Numbered from the stretch's first letter, positions 47,174 to 58,136 are shown. The stretch is 64,000 nucleotides of DNA from an uncultured Acidobacteriota bacterium (GCA_963713825.1 CAVQNG010000014.1:1-64000), one strand, 5' to 3'. Numbers and translations: made by a program. The notes: a model not told the origin generated them from the sequence alone.

Positions 47174-49612
47174 ATGACTGACAGGCGAGCCTGCTTCAGG
47201 GCGAGTCTTCTGGCCCTCCTCTTTGCCGCACCGCTGGTGGGGCTCGACTTGTCTCGGGCCGAAGTCGCCAGGCTCGACAATGGGCTGACTCTCATCGTTC
47301 TCGAGGACCGGACCTTCCCTGTGGTGAGCGTTCAGGTGCTCTATCGGGTCGGGGCTCGGCACGAAGAAGTGGGAAAGACCGGAATGGCCCACTTCGTGGA
47401 GCACATGGCCTTTCGTGACACCAAGAACTTTCCGGATACGGAGGTGGTCAGTCGGATCTACGCGGTCGGAGGCGAGTGGCACGCCTACACCTGGTTGGAC
47501 CAGACAACCTACTTCGAGACGCTTCCTTCGCAGTATCTCGATCTAGCGTTGAGGATCGAGGCCGATCGTATGGCACGCCTCCTGATTCCTGCCGATCAAG
47601 TCGAAGCAGAACGAGGTGCGGTCCTGTCGGAGTTGCACGGTTACGAGAACGATCCGGCTTCGTTGCTTCACGATGCGGTGCTGATGGTCTCCTTCCTACA
47701 GCACCCGTATCGCAACAACACGATCGGTTGGGAGAGCGATGTCGAGAGTATCCAACACGCCGATATCTTGAGCTTCTATGAGCGCTTCTACCAGCCGGCC
47801 AACGCGATCCTGGTCGTGGTAGGTGATGTTTCGAGAACTGAGGTGGAGGCAAAGGTCGAAGAGCTCTTCGGTGGCCTGCCCGGTGGTCTGCGCGCGGAGC
47901 CGCCACCGACTGTCGAGCCTCGGCAAGCCGGAGTGCGGCGCCTCGTTCTCCAGGGGCCGGGCTCGAGTAATGAATTCAAGATTGCTTATCGAGCACCGTC
48001 GGCGACGAATCCAGACTACGTTCCCTTTCTTGTTTTGCAGGAGGTCTTGGCTGGCGGCTCTGGGGTCAACTTTTCGCAAAACGAGTGGGGCGATCCGGTC
48101 AGAGAAGAGAGTCGGATGGCAGGAGTCCACGATGGTCTCGTCAGTTGGTTCATCCCGACCGCGGCGCCCTATGTGTTCACTCTCGGCGGAACGGCCGACC
48201 CGTCGGCCTCCAGGGAGGAGATCGAGGCCCGTATCGAGGAAGCGGTGCAGGGTTTGCGAGAGCGACCCCCCAGCGAAGAGGAGCTGAAGAGGGCAAAGCG
48301 GTATTTGATTCGGGAGCTGATCTTCGATGTCGAGACGACGGAGGACGCAGCCCATCAGCTCGCTTTCTTCGAGGGCCTCGACTCGCTGGAAGTGCTCACG
48401 AGCCTGCCACCCAGAATTGAAGCGGTGACGGTGGAGGACATCCAGCGTGTGGCCCGAACCTGGCTGAGACCCGAGCAACGAACGATTGGCTGGTACATGG
48501 CGGGTACGCCACCGGAGATGCCCGATGAGCCCGATCGCGGACCGACGTTGGTGGCCCAGGAGGAGTCGCGCAGGGTTGTTCGCGAGGCGGGACCACTTTC
48601 CGATCCGAAGCTCGCGAAACTCTCGAACGGATTACCGGTACTGTTTCGACGCGTTCCGTTCTCGGCATCAGCTTTCCTGAGGGTACTTGTACCCACAACG
48701 GCCATCGACTTCACGGAGAACGCGAGCCGGGACTATCCATTCTGGCGTCAGACCTCGATTGATTTTAGATTCCAACCTGGCGAGCTGAACGAGGCTTTGC
48801 AACGGGCAGGCTCGATTCTGATGGCAGGACGGTCGAGCGAGAAGGCGAATCCAGCAGACACAAGTCGGGATCCTGGGACCCGCTTGAGGATTGCTCTGGA
48901 CGAGGCTCTAGGAGTCCAACCTTTGGCGTCGATGTTGGGAGCCACGGCGATCGTATTGGTAGGCGATCTCGACGAAGAAACGGCTTTGTCTCACCTCGAG
49001 ACGGTCTTTGGTGATGTTCCGGTTGCCGATCTTCCGGTTGCTCCGGTCCTCGAGTTGAAGGAGCGCGACAGTGTCGTGGAGCTGGATTTCGAAATCGCCC
49101 AAGCACAACTGGGATATGTGGTACCGGCGCCGCCACCCTCCGACCCGGAGTCGTGGGCATGGCGCGTCCTCCTGTATGTGCTCAGCCATGGCTACGAGGG
49201 GCGGTTGGGAAAGGAGGCGATTTCTCGGCAGGGGCTGGTCTACTACATCGATTCGAGCTACGACTCGGATGGGACCGGAGCTCGAGTCGCGATCCGGATC
49301 GGAGTCGATCCCGACAAGTTCGCGTCGATGCGAAGCCTGATGGTGGGCATGCTGCAAGGGCTGCGCTCGAATCCGCCGACGGAAGCCGAGGTCACCGAAG
49401 CGAAGCGATACCTGCTCGGTCGTCGACAAAGTGCGGCGCAAAGCAACGAAGAGATCTCGGCAGCCCTGCTGGGTGAGTGGATTGGGGAGGGCAGACTGCT
49501 GTCGACCGACGAGTTCGCCGCCGCCATCGGTGATGTGACGCGAGACTCGGTGCTGGAGATCATCCCGGAGTTCATCGCTGGCGGCGTTGTCGAAGTGCAC
49601 GGTCGGCCATAG
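47174..49612 (+). CDS. M16 (pitrilysin/insulinase) family zinc peptidase, secreted
   Basis: LDNGLTL, GMAHFVEHMAF (HxxEH), A.TWLDQTTYFE, FYxPANA; degenerate second half. Confidence 0.88.
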   Translation: MTDRRACFRASLLALLFAAPLVGLDLSRAEVARLDNGLTLIVLEDRTFPVVSVQVLYRVGARHEEVGKTGMAHFVEHMAFRDTKNFPDTEVVSRIYAVGGEWHAYTWLDQTTYFETLPSQYLDLALRIEADRMARLLIPADQVEAERGAVLSELHGYENDPASLLHDAVLMVSFLQHPYRNNTIGWESDVESIQHADILSFYERFYQPANAILVVVGDVSRTEVEAKVEELFGGLPGGLRAEPPPTVEPRQAGVRRLVLQGPGSSNEFKIAYRAPSATNPDYVPFLVLQEVLAGGSGVNFSQNEWGDPVREESRMAGVHDGLVSWFIPTAAPYVFTLGGTADPSASREEIEARIEEAVQGLRERPPSEEELKRAKRYLIRELIFDVETTEDAAHQLAFFEGLDSLEVLTSLPPRIEAVTVEDIQRVARTWLRPEQRTIGWYMAGTPPEMPDEPDRGPTLVAQEESRRVVREAGPLSDPKLAKLSNGLPVLFRRVPFSASAFLRVLVPTTAIDFTENASRDYPFWRQTSIDFRFQPGELNEALQRAGSILMAGRSSEKANPADTSRDPGTRLRIALDEALGVQPLASMLGATAIVLVGDLDEETALSHLETVFGDVPVADLPVAPVLELKERDSVVELDFEIAQAQLGYVVPAPPPSDPESWAWRVLLYVLSHGYEGRLGKEAISRQGLVYYIDSSYDSDGTGARVAIRIGVDPDKFASMRSLMVGMLQGLRSNPPTEAEVTEAKRYLLGRRQSAAQSNEEISAALLGEWIGEGRLLSTDEFAAAIGDVTRDSVLEIIPEFIAGGVVEVHGRP

Positions 49613-49660
49613 CGGTAGGTCCACCCGAGTGCCGCGCAGAACGTTTAGGAGGTCGTCGCG

Positions 49661-51457
49661 ATGACATTTGTTTGGAGACCGAATTGGGTCATCTCACTGC
49701 GGCAGGCCGCGGGTTGCCTCCTGCTGGCGGCCTTGTCGTTGACGTGTGGAGCCAATCCGGATCCACCGGCCGCAGCTCCGGCTTCGCAGGCCAGCCAGAT
49801 CTTCACTGGAGGCAAGATCCTGTCGTTGGGTGGAGACGAGCCGGGTGCGACTGCCCTAGCAGTCGCAGGAGGACGGATCGTGGCCCTCGGAAGCGATCAG
49901 GAGATGGAGAGCTGGCGGGGGTCAGATACGGAAGTTATCGACCTGGAGGGCAAGGTTCTGGCTCCCTCCTTTGTCGACCATCATGTCCATCTCTTGAATA
50001 TCGGCATATCCCTGTTGTACGCGCAAGAGCCGCCCGCCAACTTCGTCGACGTCACTGCCTTTCCGACCCGCGAGGCCCTGGGTGAGGAGATCGGGAAGCG
50101 AGCCGCGGGTCTGGAGCCTGGAACCTGGATTGTCGGGAAGGGGTGGAGCCAGGGGGCCTGGGGGTCGCAGGAGTTGCCGAACCATGAGCTCTTGACCCGA
50201 TACGCCCCTGCTCACCCCGTCTATCTCACGCGGGTCGATGCCCATGCGGGTTGGCTGAACGCGTTGGGCCTGGAAATGGCGGAGATTGGGCCTTCCACAG
50301 CGGATCCCGTAGGTGGCGCACTGCGTCGTGAGGCGGACGGCACGCCGACGGGAGTGCTCTTGGAGCGTGCCAACGAGCTGGCGCTGCCTTTGATCCCAGA
50401 GCCTTCTGATCAGCAGATTCGCGCGGCCTTCCGGCTCGCAACTGAGGCCCTGGCCGCACAGGGTGTCACCGAGGTTTTCGATGCCGGATTTCTAGCGGTG
50501 CCGGGAATCGTGGATCTGCGACTCGACTTCGAGCGCTATCTCGACCTCTTGCTGGCGGAGGATCGAGAGTCACCGCTACCCCTGCGGATTCACCTCATGA
50601 TTCCAGCCCCGAGCCCCTTCTTCGAAGAGCTGGTGGGGGAGTCGTCGGCTTCTCGGCGGCTGTCGCCGCGCTTGGAGATCAGTCATGTGAAGCTGTGGGC
50701 CGACGGAGCGATGGGCAGCCGTGGTGCCCACCTGACACATCCTTTTCACGACGATCCGGACACCCGGGGCATCGAAAGAATGTCCGCCGATGAGCTTCGC
50801 AGCGAGGCGGTGCGGGCCCTGGATGCCGGTCTCGACGTGGCCAGTCATGCGATCGGCGATCAGGCCGTCGCCACGGTGCTGGAGGTCTACGAATCGATCC
50901 TGCAGGAAAGGCCGGAGCTCGAGCCCACCCGACTGCGCGTCGAGCACTTCTCCTATGCCAGAGAGGAGGATTTTCCGAAAGCTGCGGATCTGGGAGCTCT
51001 CCTTTCGATCCAGCCCAATTTCGTGGCACCGGGAGATGAGGGCGAGGCGATGGAAGACTCTAGGGTTGGAACCGAGAACAGCGCGCGAGTCTACGCCTGG
51101 GGGCGACTTTCGGAGCTGGGAGCTCGTCTGGCTTTCGGCTCAGACTACTTCACGACGCCGCTGCCACCGCTCGCCACGTTCTATTGTGCCGTGACCCGGC
51201 GAAATCTGAACGGACTGCCGGAGGAGGGCTGGCATCCCGCCGAGCGGCTCGATCGAAGGAAGGCACTGGAGACCATGACTCGCGTGTGGCCTGGCGGAGG
51301 ACAGGTGGCCAGCAGGGCAGGTCTGACGGTCGGAGCCCGAGCGGACTTCGTCGTGCTCGAGGCGGATCCTCTGCAGGTCGAGCTGTCCGCGTTGCTGGAG
51401 ATCGCGGTCTCGGGAACCTATCTGGAGGGTGACTCGACCTATTCGGGTGCTGACTGA
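49661..51457 (+). CDS. Amidohydrolase 3 (YtcJ-like), probably exported
   Basis: DLEGKVLAPSFVDHHVH, RVDAHAGWLN, KLWADGAMGSRGA, HAIGDQA, RVEH, GSD. Confidence 0.88.
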   Translation: MTFVWRPNWVISLRQAAGCLLLAALSLTCGANPDPPAAAPASQASQIFTGGKILSLGGDEPGATALAVAGGRIVALGSDQEMESWRGSDTEVIDLEGKVLAPSFVDHHVHLLNIGISLLYAQEPPANFVDVTAFPTREALGEEIGKRAAGLEPGTWIVGKGWSQGAWGSQELPNHELLTRYAPAHPVYLTRVDAHAGWLNALGLEMAEIGPSTADPVGGALRREADGTPTGVLLERANELALPLIPEPSDQQIRAAFRLATEALAAQGVTEVFDAGFLAVPGIVDLRLDFERYLDLLLAEDRESPLPLRIHLMIPAPSPFFEELVGESSASRRLSPRLEISHVKLWADGAMGSRGAHLTHPFHDDPDTRGIERMSADELRSEAVRALDAGLDVASHAIGDQAVATVLEVYESILQERPELEPTRLRVEHFSYAREEDFPKAADLGALLSIQPNFVAPGDEGEAMEDSRVGTENSARVYAWGRLSELGARLAFGSDYFTTPLPPLATFYCAVTRRNLNGLPEEGWHPAERLDRRKALETMTRVWPGGGQVASRAGLTVGARADFVVLEADPLQVELSALLEIAVSGTYLEGDSTYSGAD

Positions 51458-53265
51458 CGATTGACCACTGGCAGGGTGATTCGCGAAGGGTATCGCGCGT
51501 CGTGATGGATACTGACCACGGCCGATCGCAGGTCCTTCGAGTTGGTCTCCAGCTCTCCACTGTGCAGATTGCGGGAGAAGTGAGGCGCAAAAGCCGTGGA
51601 GATCTGCACCCGGATCCGATGGCCCTCGCGAAACAGGTTGCTGGTCATGAGATTGGGCAGCTCGAGTCGATACACGGTGTCGGACTCCAGGAGTTGACGC
51701 CCTCTGTCGAGATCTCGATAGCTGGCCCTCAGGACATCCAGGCCCGGACTCATGAGGTTGAAGGCGCTGCCGTCGGGAGCGACGTCGAGCAGGCGAACCC
51801 AGAGATCCGTGTCGGGGCAATCGCACGACAGATAGATCTCCGCCGTGATCGGGCCGCTGACCTCCAGGTCCTGCTCCAGGGGTTCTGAGTCGAAAACCGC
51901 GACGCCCTCGGTCCCGGCGAGCTCGCGATAGTCGTGTGGTCCGAAGACCACATAGGGATCGGTAACGGGTTTTGCGGGGTCGGAGTCCAAACGGCTTGCT
52001 GCCGACTCGGAAAGTGGGGGACTCGAGGATAGAGATCCGCCGGTAAGCGCCGAGCCGCTGGCTGACAGGTAGAGTGTCATGGATTCGGAGCCCGATGGTG
52101 GCCAGTGATCCTCGGTGCGCCACCGATTCTCAGCCATCACGAATATGCGAACTGGTGGCTCGGAGTCGACGCCGTTGTCGAGGCCTTTCAGGTAGTGGTC
52201 CATCCAGCCCAGGACCAATTCGTCGTAATCGATGGCAGCGGTAGGGCCGAAGTCGAGGTCTCCTGTCGTGCGCTGCTCTGTCGAGTTCACCCCATGGATC
52301 CACGGCCCCAGAACCAGGGCTGTGCGGGTGTCGGACTCGTTCTTCCTGGAGTCGATCAAGCCGTTGAAGTTGGTCGCTGCTCCCTCGGGTCCGTAGGCTT
52401 CGTCGTACCAGCCGGAGAGATTGAGCACTGCGGCCGAAACCTGGTCGTAGTGGCCTCGGATCTCTGTCCAGTCCCACCAGGGATCGTCGGGAGGGTGTTC
52501 CAGCCACTCGAAGTAGAAGGGGGCCGCCTCCCGAAGCTCGTCGAGACTGTCGAGAGGGAGGCGGGTGCGCATCTCACTGCCGTTCGCTTCCCAATCGGCA
52601 TTGGCCTCCTCTGCAGTCTTGGCTCCGCGCAGCTTCTTCTTCCGTCGAGTATCCGGCGCAATGCTGTTGTGGACCCAGGGAATCCATGAAGCGTCGAAGA
52701 CACCCCCGGAATAGAAAAAATTGCGCGGCGTCGAGAAGGTCATCGCTGGCACCATGGCCTTCAGGTGGGGTGGGTCTTCGAGAGCGGCAAGCCACTGAAC
52801 CGCGCCAGGATAGGAAAGACCGAAGGTGCCGACGGAGCCGTTGGACCAGGGCTGTGCAGCCGCCCACTCGATGGTGTCGTAGCCATCACGCCCTTCATTT
52901 CTGTAGGGATCGAACTCCCCGTCCGATTCGTATCGTCCTCGGACATCCTGGAGCACCACGGCATAACCGCGCTCGACGGCGCGGATATGGGTGTCGTACC
53001 ACTCCTCGGTTGCGTCCTTTCCATACGGAGTGCGATACACGAGGACAGGGAACGGACCACCGCCGGGGGGCTTCCAGACATTGGCCCGTAGGATCACACC
53101 ATCCCGCATGGGAATGGCGACATTCCGCTCGACGTCCACCGATGTGGTGTCGTTGGAGGCAGACTCGTTTACCCCACATCCGAGCACGAGAACAGGGATG
53201 ATGAAGGCCAGCAGCCAAATCAGCCTGCCGAGGCGACGATTCGGGCCTTGGATTCTCAGACTCAT
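51439..53265 (-). CDS. CocE/NonD family (S15) serine hydrolase, lipoprotein-like
   Basis: LVLGC lipobox, IPMRDGV, RTPYGK, QDVRGRYESDG, GLSYPG, GWYD, GPWIH. Confidence 0.9.
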   Translation of the reverse strand: MSLRIQGPNRRLGRLIWLLAFIIPVLVLGCGVNESASNDTTSVDVERNVAIPMRDGVILRANVWKPPGGGPFPVLVYRTPYGKDATEEWYDTHIRAVERGYAVVLQDVRGRYESDGEFDPYRNEGRDGYDTIEWAAAQPWSNGSVGTFGLSYPGAVQWLAALEDPPHLKAMVPAMTFSTPRNFFYSGGVFDASWIPWVHNSIAPDTRRKKKLRGAKTAEEANADWEANGSEMRTRLPLDSLDELREAAPFYFEWLEHPPDDPWWDWTEIRGHYDQVSAAVLNLSGWYDEAYGPEGAATNFNGLIDSRKNESDTRTALVLGPWIHGVNSTEQRTTGDLDFGPTAAIDYDELVLGWMDHYLKGLDNGVDSEPPVRIFVMAENRWRTEDHWPPSGSESMTLYLSASGSALTGGSLSSSPPLSESAASRLDSDPAKPVTDPYVVFGPHDYRELAGTEGVAVFDSEPLEQDLEVSGPITAEIYLSCDCPDTDLWVRLLDVAPDGSAFNLMSPGLDVLRASYRDLDRGRQLLESDTVYRLELPNLMTSNLFREGHRIRVQISTAFAPHFSRNLHSGELETNSKDLRSAVVSIHHDARYPSRITLPVVNRQSAPE

Positions 53266-53312
53266 AGACGAGCCGGCGAGCAAAGCAGCGTCGCTCTCCG
53301 GCAGAACTTCCT

Positions 53313-54770
53313 CTATTCCGCTTCCGCCTCCAAGATATCGGCGGGCACCGGAGGTGGTGCGTCTGGGATGTAGGCCTTGTAGACGGTCCCCTCGGTTCTC
53401 TCGTCGAACTCCTTCTTGATCTCGGCCCGCGCTTCCGGGTTCTCGTAGAGATCGACCATGGTGGCAGCCAGTGTCTTGGCGGCGTAGTTCATCCCCTTGT
53501 GTCCGATGGACGTACGCCCGGCCGCAACGACCGGCCATGCGTGCCAGGGCGCTTCGAAGGCCGCGGTGGTCACCGAGAAGTGCAGGGTGGGCACTCTCCA
53601 GCTCACGTCGGCTACGTCGGTGGAGCCTCCCTCCGGCAGTCCGGGTTCCAGGTCGAGGGGCTTGATCTCTCCCTTGAGACCGACGGGCTCCTTGCCGGTC
53701 TCGCGCTGGATCGTCTTGGCGAATTCCTGCTCCTCGGCGGTGAACTCCAAGGGGCCCAGCCAGGTGAAGTTATCCTGAACGATCTTGGAGCCCGCGAAGC
53801 TGGGCACCATCTCCCAGTCGCCGGCCTGTAGAGTGAATGTACTTTGAGTGCCGCTAGCCAGCGCGGCACCTTCGGCTATGGCCTGCGCGCGTTCCAGGAG
53901 ATCGTTGACGCCGGTGTGATCGGTGTCGCGCACCCAGCACCAGATCTTGGCGTAGTCGGGTACGACGTTGGGAACGTTGCCACCATCCGTGATCACGTAG
54001 TGAATCCGAGCCGTCGGCTTGATGTGCTCACGCATGAGATTGATGCCATGCGTGAAGAGCTCGATCGCGTCCAGGGAGCTGCGGCCGTTCCAGGGGTCGG
54101 CCGAGGCATGAGCAGTCTTACCCTTGAACTCGACGATGAAGTCGGCCAGAGCCTTGCTGCTGTCGGTGTCAGCAGAGATCTCGTCTGATGGATGCCAGGC
54201 CAGGGCTACGTCCACATCGTCGAACAAACCGGCTCGAACCATGTAGACCTTGCCGCCGACGGACTCTTCGGCCGGCGTGCCGTAGAACCGGACAGTCCCT
54301 TCCAGCTCACCCGCGGCGATGAGGTCCTTGATAGCGACGGCTGCGGCGAGGCTGGCCGTGCCGAAGAGATTGTGCCCACAGCCATGCCCCGCGGCTCCCT
54401 CCTCAAAGGGCTCCTGCGTCGGCTGGGCCTTTTGTGAGATGCCTGGTAGTGCGTCGTACTCACCCATGACGCCGATCACCGGCTTCCCCTTGCCGTAGGT
54501 CGCAACGAAAGCGGTCGGCATTTCCGCCACACCACGCTCGACCTCGAATCCCTGGGCTTCGGCATAGTCGGCCAACACGGCGGCCGACTGGACTTCGCGA
54601 AGCGCGGTTTCGGCGTAGGCCCAGATCTGGTCCGCCATCTCGATCATCTCGGGTTGCTGATTGTCGATCGACGCCACGGCGGCCTGCTTGGCCTCGCTGG
54701 CGGCCTCTGTCGGCGCTGATACGGCCATCAGAAGGAGGGGCAGGATCAGGATGGTGAGGATTTTCTTCAT
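53313..54770 (-). CDS. M20D amidohydrolase (AbgB-like), secreted
   Basis: EYDALPG, GHGCGHNLFG, GTPAEE, WHP, GGSTDVADVSW. Confidence 0.9.
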   Translation of the reverse strand: MKKILTILILPLLLMAVSAPTEAASEAKQAAVASIDNQQPEMIEMADQIWAYAETALREVQSAAVLADYAEAQGFEVERGVAEMPTAFVATYGKGKPVIGVMGEYDALPGISQKAQPTQEPFEEGAAGHGCGHNLFGTASLAAAVAIKDLIAAGELEGTVRFYGTPAEESVGGKVYMVRAGLFDDVDVALAWHPSDEISADTDSSKALADFIVEFKGKTAHASADPWNGRSSLDAIELFTHGINLMREHIKPTARIHYVITDGGNVPNVVPDYAKIWCWVRDTDHTGVNDLLERAQAIAEGAALASGTQSTFTLQAGDWEMVPSFAGSKIVQDNFTWLGPLEFTAEEQEFAKTIQRETGKEPVGLKGEIKPLDLEPGLPEGGSTDVADVSWRVPTLHFSVTTAAFEAPWHAWPVVAAGRTSIGHKGMNYAAKTLAATMVDLYENPEARAEIKKEFDERTEGTVYKAYIPDAPPPVPADILEAEAE

Positions 54771-56827
54771 GAGTCGTCTCCATTCAGGTACTTGTCGAAC
54801 CATGCCAGATAGCGCTCGTAGAGATCCTTGTTGTACGAAGGTGTACCGATGCCGTGATACTCACCGGGATAGACAACCAGCTCGGTGGGGACTCCCAGTC
54901 TCTTGAGCGCCAGGTAGAGCTGCTCCGAGTTGATGATCGGCACGTTCCAGTCCTTTTCGCCACCGAGAATCAGGGTCGGGGTCACGACGTTCTCTACCTC
55001 GTTGAAGGGCGACATCCTCTCGTAGAGCTCGCGGGCCTCGGGCTCCCAGGGAAAACCGAGCTCGTACTCCCACCATCGCTGGTAGTGATCGTGGCCGTAG
55101 TTGACCACATAGAGAGTGGCGCTCGCGCCCGTAGCGGCGGCCTTGAAGCGATCGGTCTTGGTGATGATGTGGTTGGTTAGCATTCCGCCGTAGGACCATC
55201 CGCCCACCGCGAGGCGTTCGGGATCGGCCCAGCCCCGTTCGATGACCGTGTCGACCGCCGCCATCACGTCCTCGTAGTCTGGGCCACCCCAGTCCCGCCA
55301 GATCGCGAGACAGAACTCCTGTCCGTAGCCTGTCGAGCCCCTCGGATTGGGCATCACCACAACGTAGCCGTTGGCAGCGAAGAGCTGCTGCTCGAAGCTG
55401 AAGCTGAAGTCGTACTGGGCTTGTGGGCCGCCGTGAATCCTCAGAACCGCGGGGTAGCGTTGGCCCTCCTCGAAGCCCGGTGGTCTGACGACGAAGCTCT
55501 CGATCTCGGTGCCGTCTTTGCTCTGAAAGCGGATCTTCTCTACCTCACCCAGCTCAATGCCGGCCAGCAGCTCGGCATTGGTCTTGGACAGTTGCTCGAG
55601 CACTCCATCTTCGAAGAGGAAGATCTCGTCCGGCAGGTGCGGATTGCTGATTCGAGCAGCAATCACGCCGTCGGATCCAAAGTCGAAGGCGCCGACGATA
55701 TGGCGGCTCTGGATCAGCCGCTCCACCGGTCCACCCTCGGCCGAGATCCGCGCCAGGTTCTGCTCTCCACTGTCCTCGAGTAGGAAGTAGACCGCGTTCT
55801 CGTGGGGAGAGAATCGGGGGCTGTAGACCATCCGGTCCAGCTCTCGGGTCAGTACCTTGCTGTTATCTCCACTCGAGGAGGAAACGGCCAGATGGTTCGT
55901 GCCATAGAGAGTGCGCGCCTTGGTTTCGATGTTCGAGGTGTGGGCGATCAGCTTGCCGTCGGGACTCCAGCTGGGCGATGCATCCGGACCAGGGTTCTCG
56001 GTAATCTGCAGCAGCTCGGCACCTTTGTCGGTGTTGCTCGCGGAGACCACCCAGATATCGGTGTTGTAGTTGGAGTCCGGAGCCTCGGTTCGGTTGCTGG
56101 TGAAGGCGATCCGGCTGCCGTCGGGTGACCAGGCGGGCTGCGAGTCGTCGAAGTCTCCCGAGGTGATCTGGGTCGTCTCCTTCTTCTCCAGATCGAAGAC
56201 ATAGAGATGATCGCGGCGACTGTCCAGGTAGCCGACATAGTCCTGCTTGAACTGCTGGCGCGTCACGACCCAGGGCGGTGGAGTCTTCTTTTCGTAGTCG
56301 TCACCTTTCTCGTGAGCTTCCAGCTCCTCGGGCTTGGGATCCTTCAGCACGAGGACAAGCCTCTTGCTGTCGGGGGCCCACTCGAAGGAGCCAACGTCCT
56401 GTGCGGTATCCGTGACCTGCACACCCTCGCCTCCCTCGCGGAACAGGGTCCAGACCTGGGTCTTGCCTTCATCGCGGGCAGAAAGAAAGGCGAGGTACGT
56501 GCCGTCCGGGCTCCATCTGGGGCGCGAGGACGAGACGCTCTCACTCGTCAGAGGCTTGGCGTTGCCGCCGGTGCTCGGCACCATCCAGATCCGGGTGTTG
56601 GACTTGTCTTCCTCGAGATCCTGGGTCGTCACCGTGTAGGCGATCCATGTGCCATCCGGTGACATCTGGGGATCGCCGACGTCGCCGATCCGAAAGTAGT
56701 CGTCGACCTCGAGAGGCCGAGGCTCAGTGGTTTTGCCAGCAGCTGTCTCTGCGGCCAGAGCAACCGCTCCGCTACCGGCCAGCAGAAGCAGAACGAGCGA
56801 CAGAACGACCTTGGTTGTGGTCTTCAT
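54767..56827 (-). CDS. S9 family peptidase (acylaminoacyl-peptidase-like) with PD40 propeller
   Basis: Signal peptide, WSPDG repeats, IHGGP, GWSYGG, D (EKDWNVP) and H (GEYHG). Confidence 0.92.
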   Translation of the reverse strand: MKTTTKVVLSLVLLLLAGSGAVALAAETAAGKTTEPRPLEVDDYFRIGDVGDPQMSPDGTWIAYTVTTQDLEEDKSNTRIWMVPSTGGNAKPLTSESVSSSRPRWSPDGTYLAFLSARDEGKTQVWTLFREGGEGVQVTDTAQDVGSFEWAPDSKRLVLVLKDPKPEELEAHEKGDDYEKKTPPPWVVTRQQFKQDYVGYLDSRRDHLYVFDLEKKETTQITSGDFDDSQPAWSPDGSRIAFTSNRTEAPDSNYNTDIWVVSASNTDKGAELLQITENPGPDASPSWSPDGKLIAHTSNIETKARTLYGTNHLAVSSSSGDNSKVLTRELDRMVYSPRFSPHENAVYFLLEDSGEQNLARISAEGGPVERLIQSRHIVGAFDFGSDGVIAARISNPHLPDEIFLFEDGVLEQLSKTNAELLAGIELGEVEKIRFQSKDGTEIESFVVRPPGFEEGQRYPAVLRIHGGPQAQYDFSFSFEQQLFAANGYVVVMPNPRGSTGYGQEFCLAIWRDWGGPDYEDVMAAVDTVIERGWADPERLAVGGWSYGGMLTNHIITKTDRFKAAATGASATLYVVNYGHDHYQRWWEYELGFPWEPEARELYERMSPFNEVENVVTPTLILGGEKDWNVPIINSEQLYLALKRLGVPTELVVYPGEYHGIGTPSYNKDLYERYLAWFDKYLNGDDS

Positions 56828-56892
56828 CAGAATTCCCCCCTGTGTAGCGCCCAACCTCGAAGAACCGCAGGGTGGGCGAGAGCTCCAGACCT

Positions 56893-57924
56893 TCAAACCT
56901 CCAGAACGATCTTGCCGAACTGCTCGCCACTCTCGAGACGGTCGAGCGCCGCTTCGGCCTCGCTCAGCGGCCACGTCGAGTCGATCACCGGTTCCAGAGA
57001 ATGGCCCTCGACTGCTGAGAGCATGTCGCGGAAGTCCTTGTCCGAGCCCATCGTGGAGCCGAGAATCGAGATCTGCCGCCAGAAGACCTCGCGAATGTTC
57101 ACGACCCCGTCGGCTCCGGTTGTTGCACCACACGCCACCACGCGGCCGCCATTGCGTGCCGCCGCGACGCTGGAAGGCCAGGTGGCCGCGCCGACAGTGT
57201 CGATCACGAGGTCAACCCCCCGGCCGTCGGTGAACTTGCGGACTATCCCAGCCACCTCGTCCTGATCACGGTAGTTGATCCCAAGAAGGGCTCCCAACTC
57301 ATCGGCGCGCTGAAGCTTCTCGTCCGAGCTGGAGGTCACAATGACTTTGGCATCCAGCAGCCGTGCCAGTTGGAGCGATGCGAGGGCCGCGCCGCCGCCT
57401 ATGCCGTGAATCAGAACCGAGTCACCCATCCGCAGATCGCCGCGCGTCATGAGCATCCGCCACGCGGTCACATGATCCAGGCAGAGTGCAGCCGCCTGCA
57501 CGAAGGAGAGGTGAGTCGGCTTCGGGTGGAGATTTGCAGCGGGCACGACGATCTTCTCGGCGTAGGTCCCAGGGATTCCTCGGCCCACCAGGTCGAAGCG
57601 AGGGCACTCGCTCTGCTGTCCACGCATGCAGAATTCACACTCGCCGCAGCCCAGTCCGGGGTTCAGAACCACCTCGGCGCCGACCTCGAGAGTGTCCACC
57701 TCCGGACCTAGAGCCGAAACGACGCCGGCCGCGTCGGAGCCGATGATCTGAGGCTCGGCCTCCGGGTTCGCTGCGTGGTGGGCTCGGGCGTAGAGATCCA
57801 GGTGATTCAGCGCCGCGGCGCGTATCTCGAGAAGAGCTTCGCCGGGGCCTGGAACGGGGTCAGGAATCGATTCGACCGACATTACGGTCTGCGAGTCCTG
57901 TTTGACGAGCGTCGAGGCCAACAT
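56893..57924 (-). CDS. Zinc-binding alcohol dehydrogenase / quinone oxidoreductase (MDR family)
   Basis: ALNHLD, GSDAAG, CGECEFC...C, GIGGGAA, GSTMGS, FGKIVL. Confidence 0.88.
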   Translation of the reverse strand: MLASTLVKQDSQTVMSVESIPDPVPGPGEALLEIRAAALNHLDLYARAHHAANPEAEPQIIGSDAAGVVSALGPEVDTLEVGAEVVLNPGLGCGECEFCMRGQQSECPRFDLVGRGIPGTYAEKIVVPAANLHPKPTHLSFVQAAALCLDHVTAWRMLMTRGDLRMGDSVLIHGIGGGAALASLQLARLLDAKVIVTSSSDEKLQRADELGALLGINYRDQDEVAGIVRKFTDGRGVDLVIDTVGAATWPSSVAAARNGGRVVACGATTGADGVVNIREVFWRQISILGSTMGSDKDFRDMLSAVEGHSLEPVIDSTWPLSEAEAALDRLESGEQFGKIVLEV

Positions 57925-58136
57925 GTGCGAAGCAGAATACCGCATATTCACTGGAAAAGAACTGGTTTCGCTCGACGCAGAAGGAATCCTGTATGCTCGC
58001 CCTACTGATCGCCGCCAGGAGCGCAACATCGGGCCCGGAGACACGTAGTAACAAGTCAACAGGGGTAGACTTGCGGGCTGGCAGGCGCCAGGAGGGGCGA
58101 GCCTGCGCCCTGATCGACGAAAAAGAGAGGAAATTC

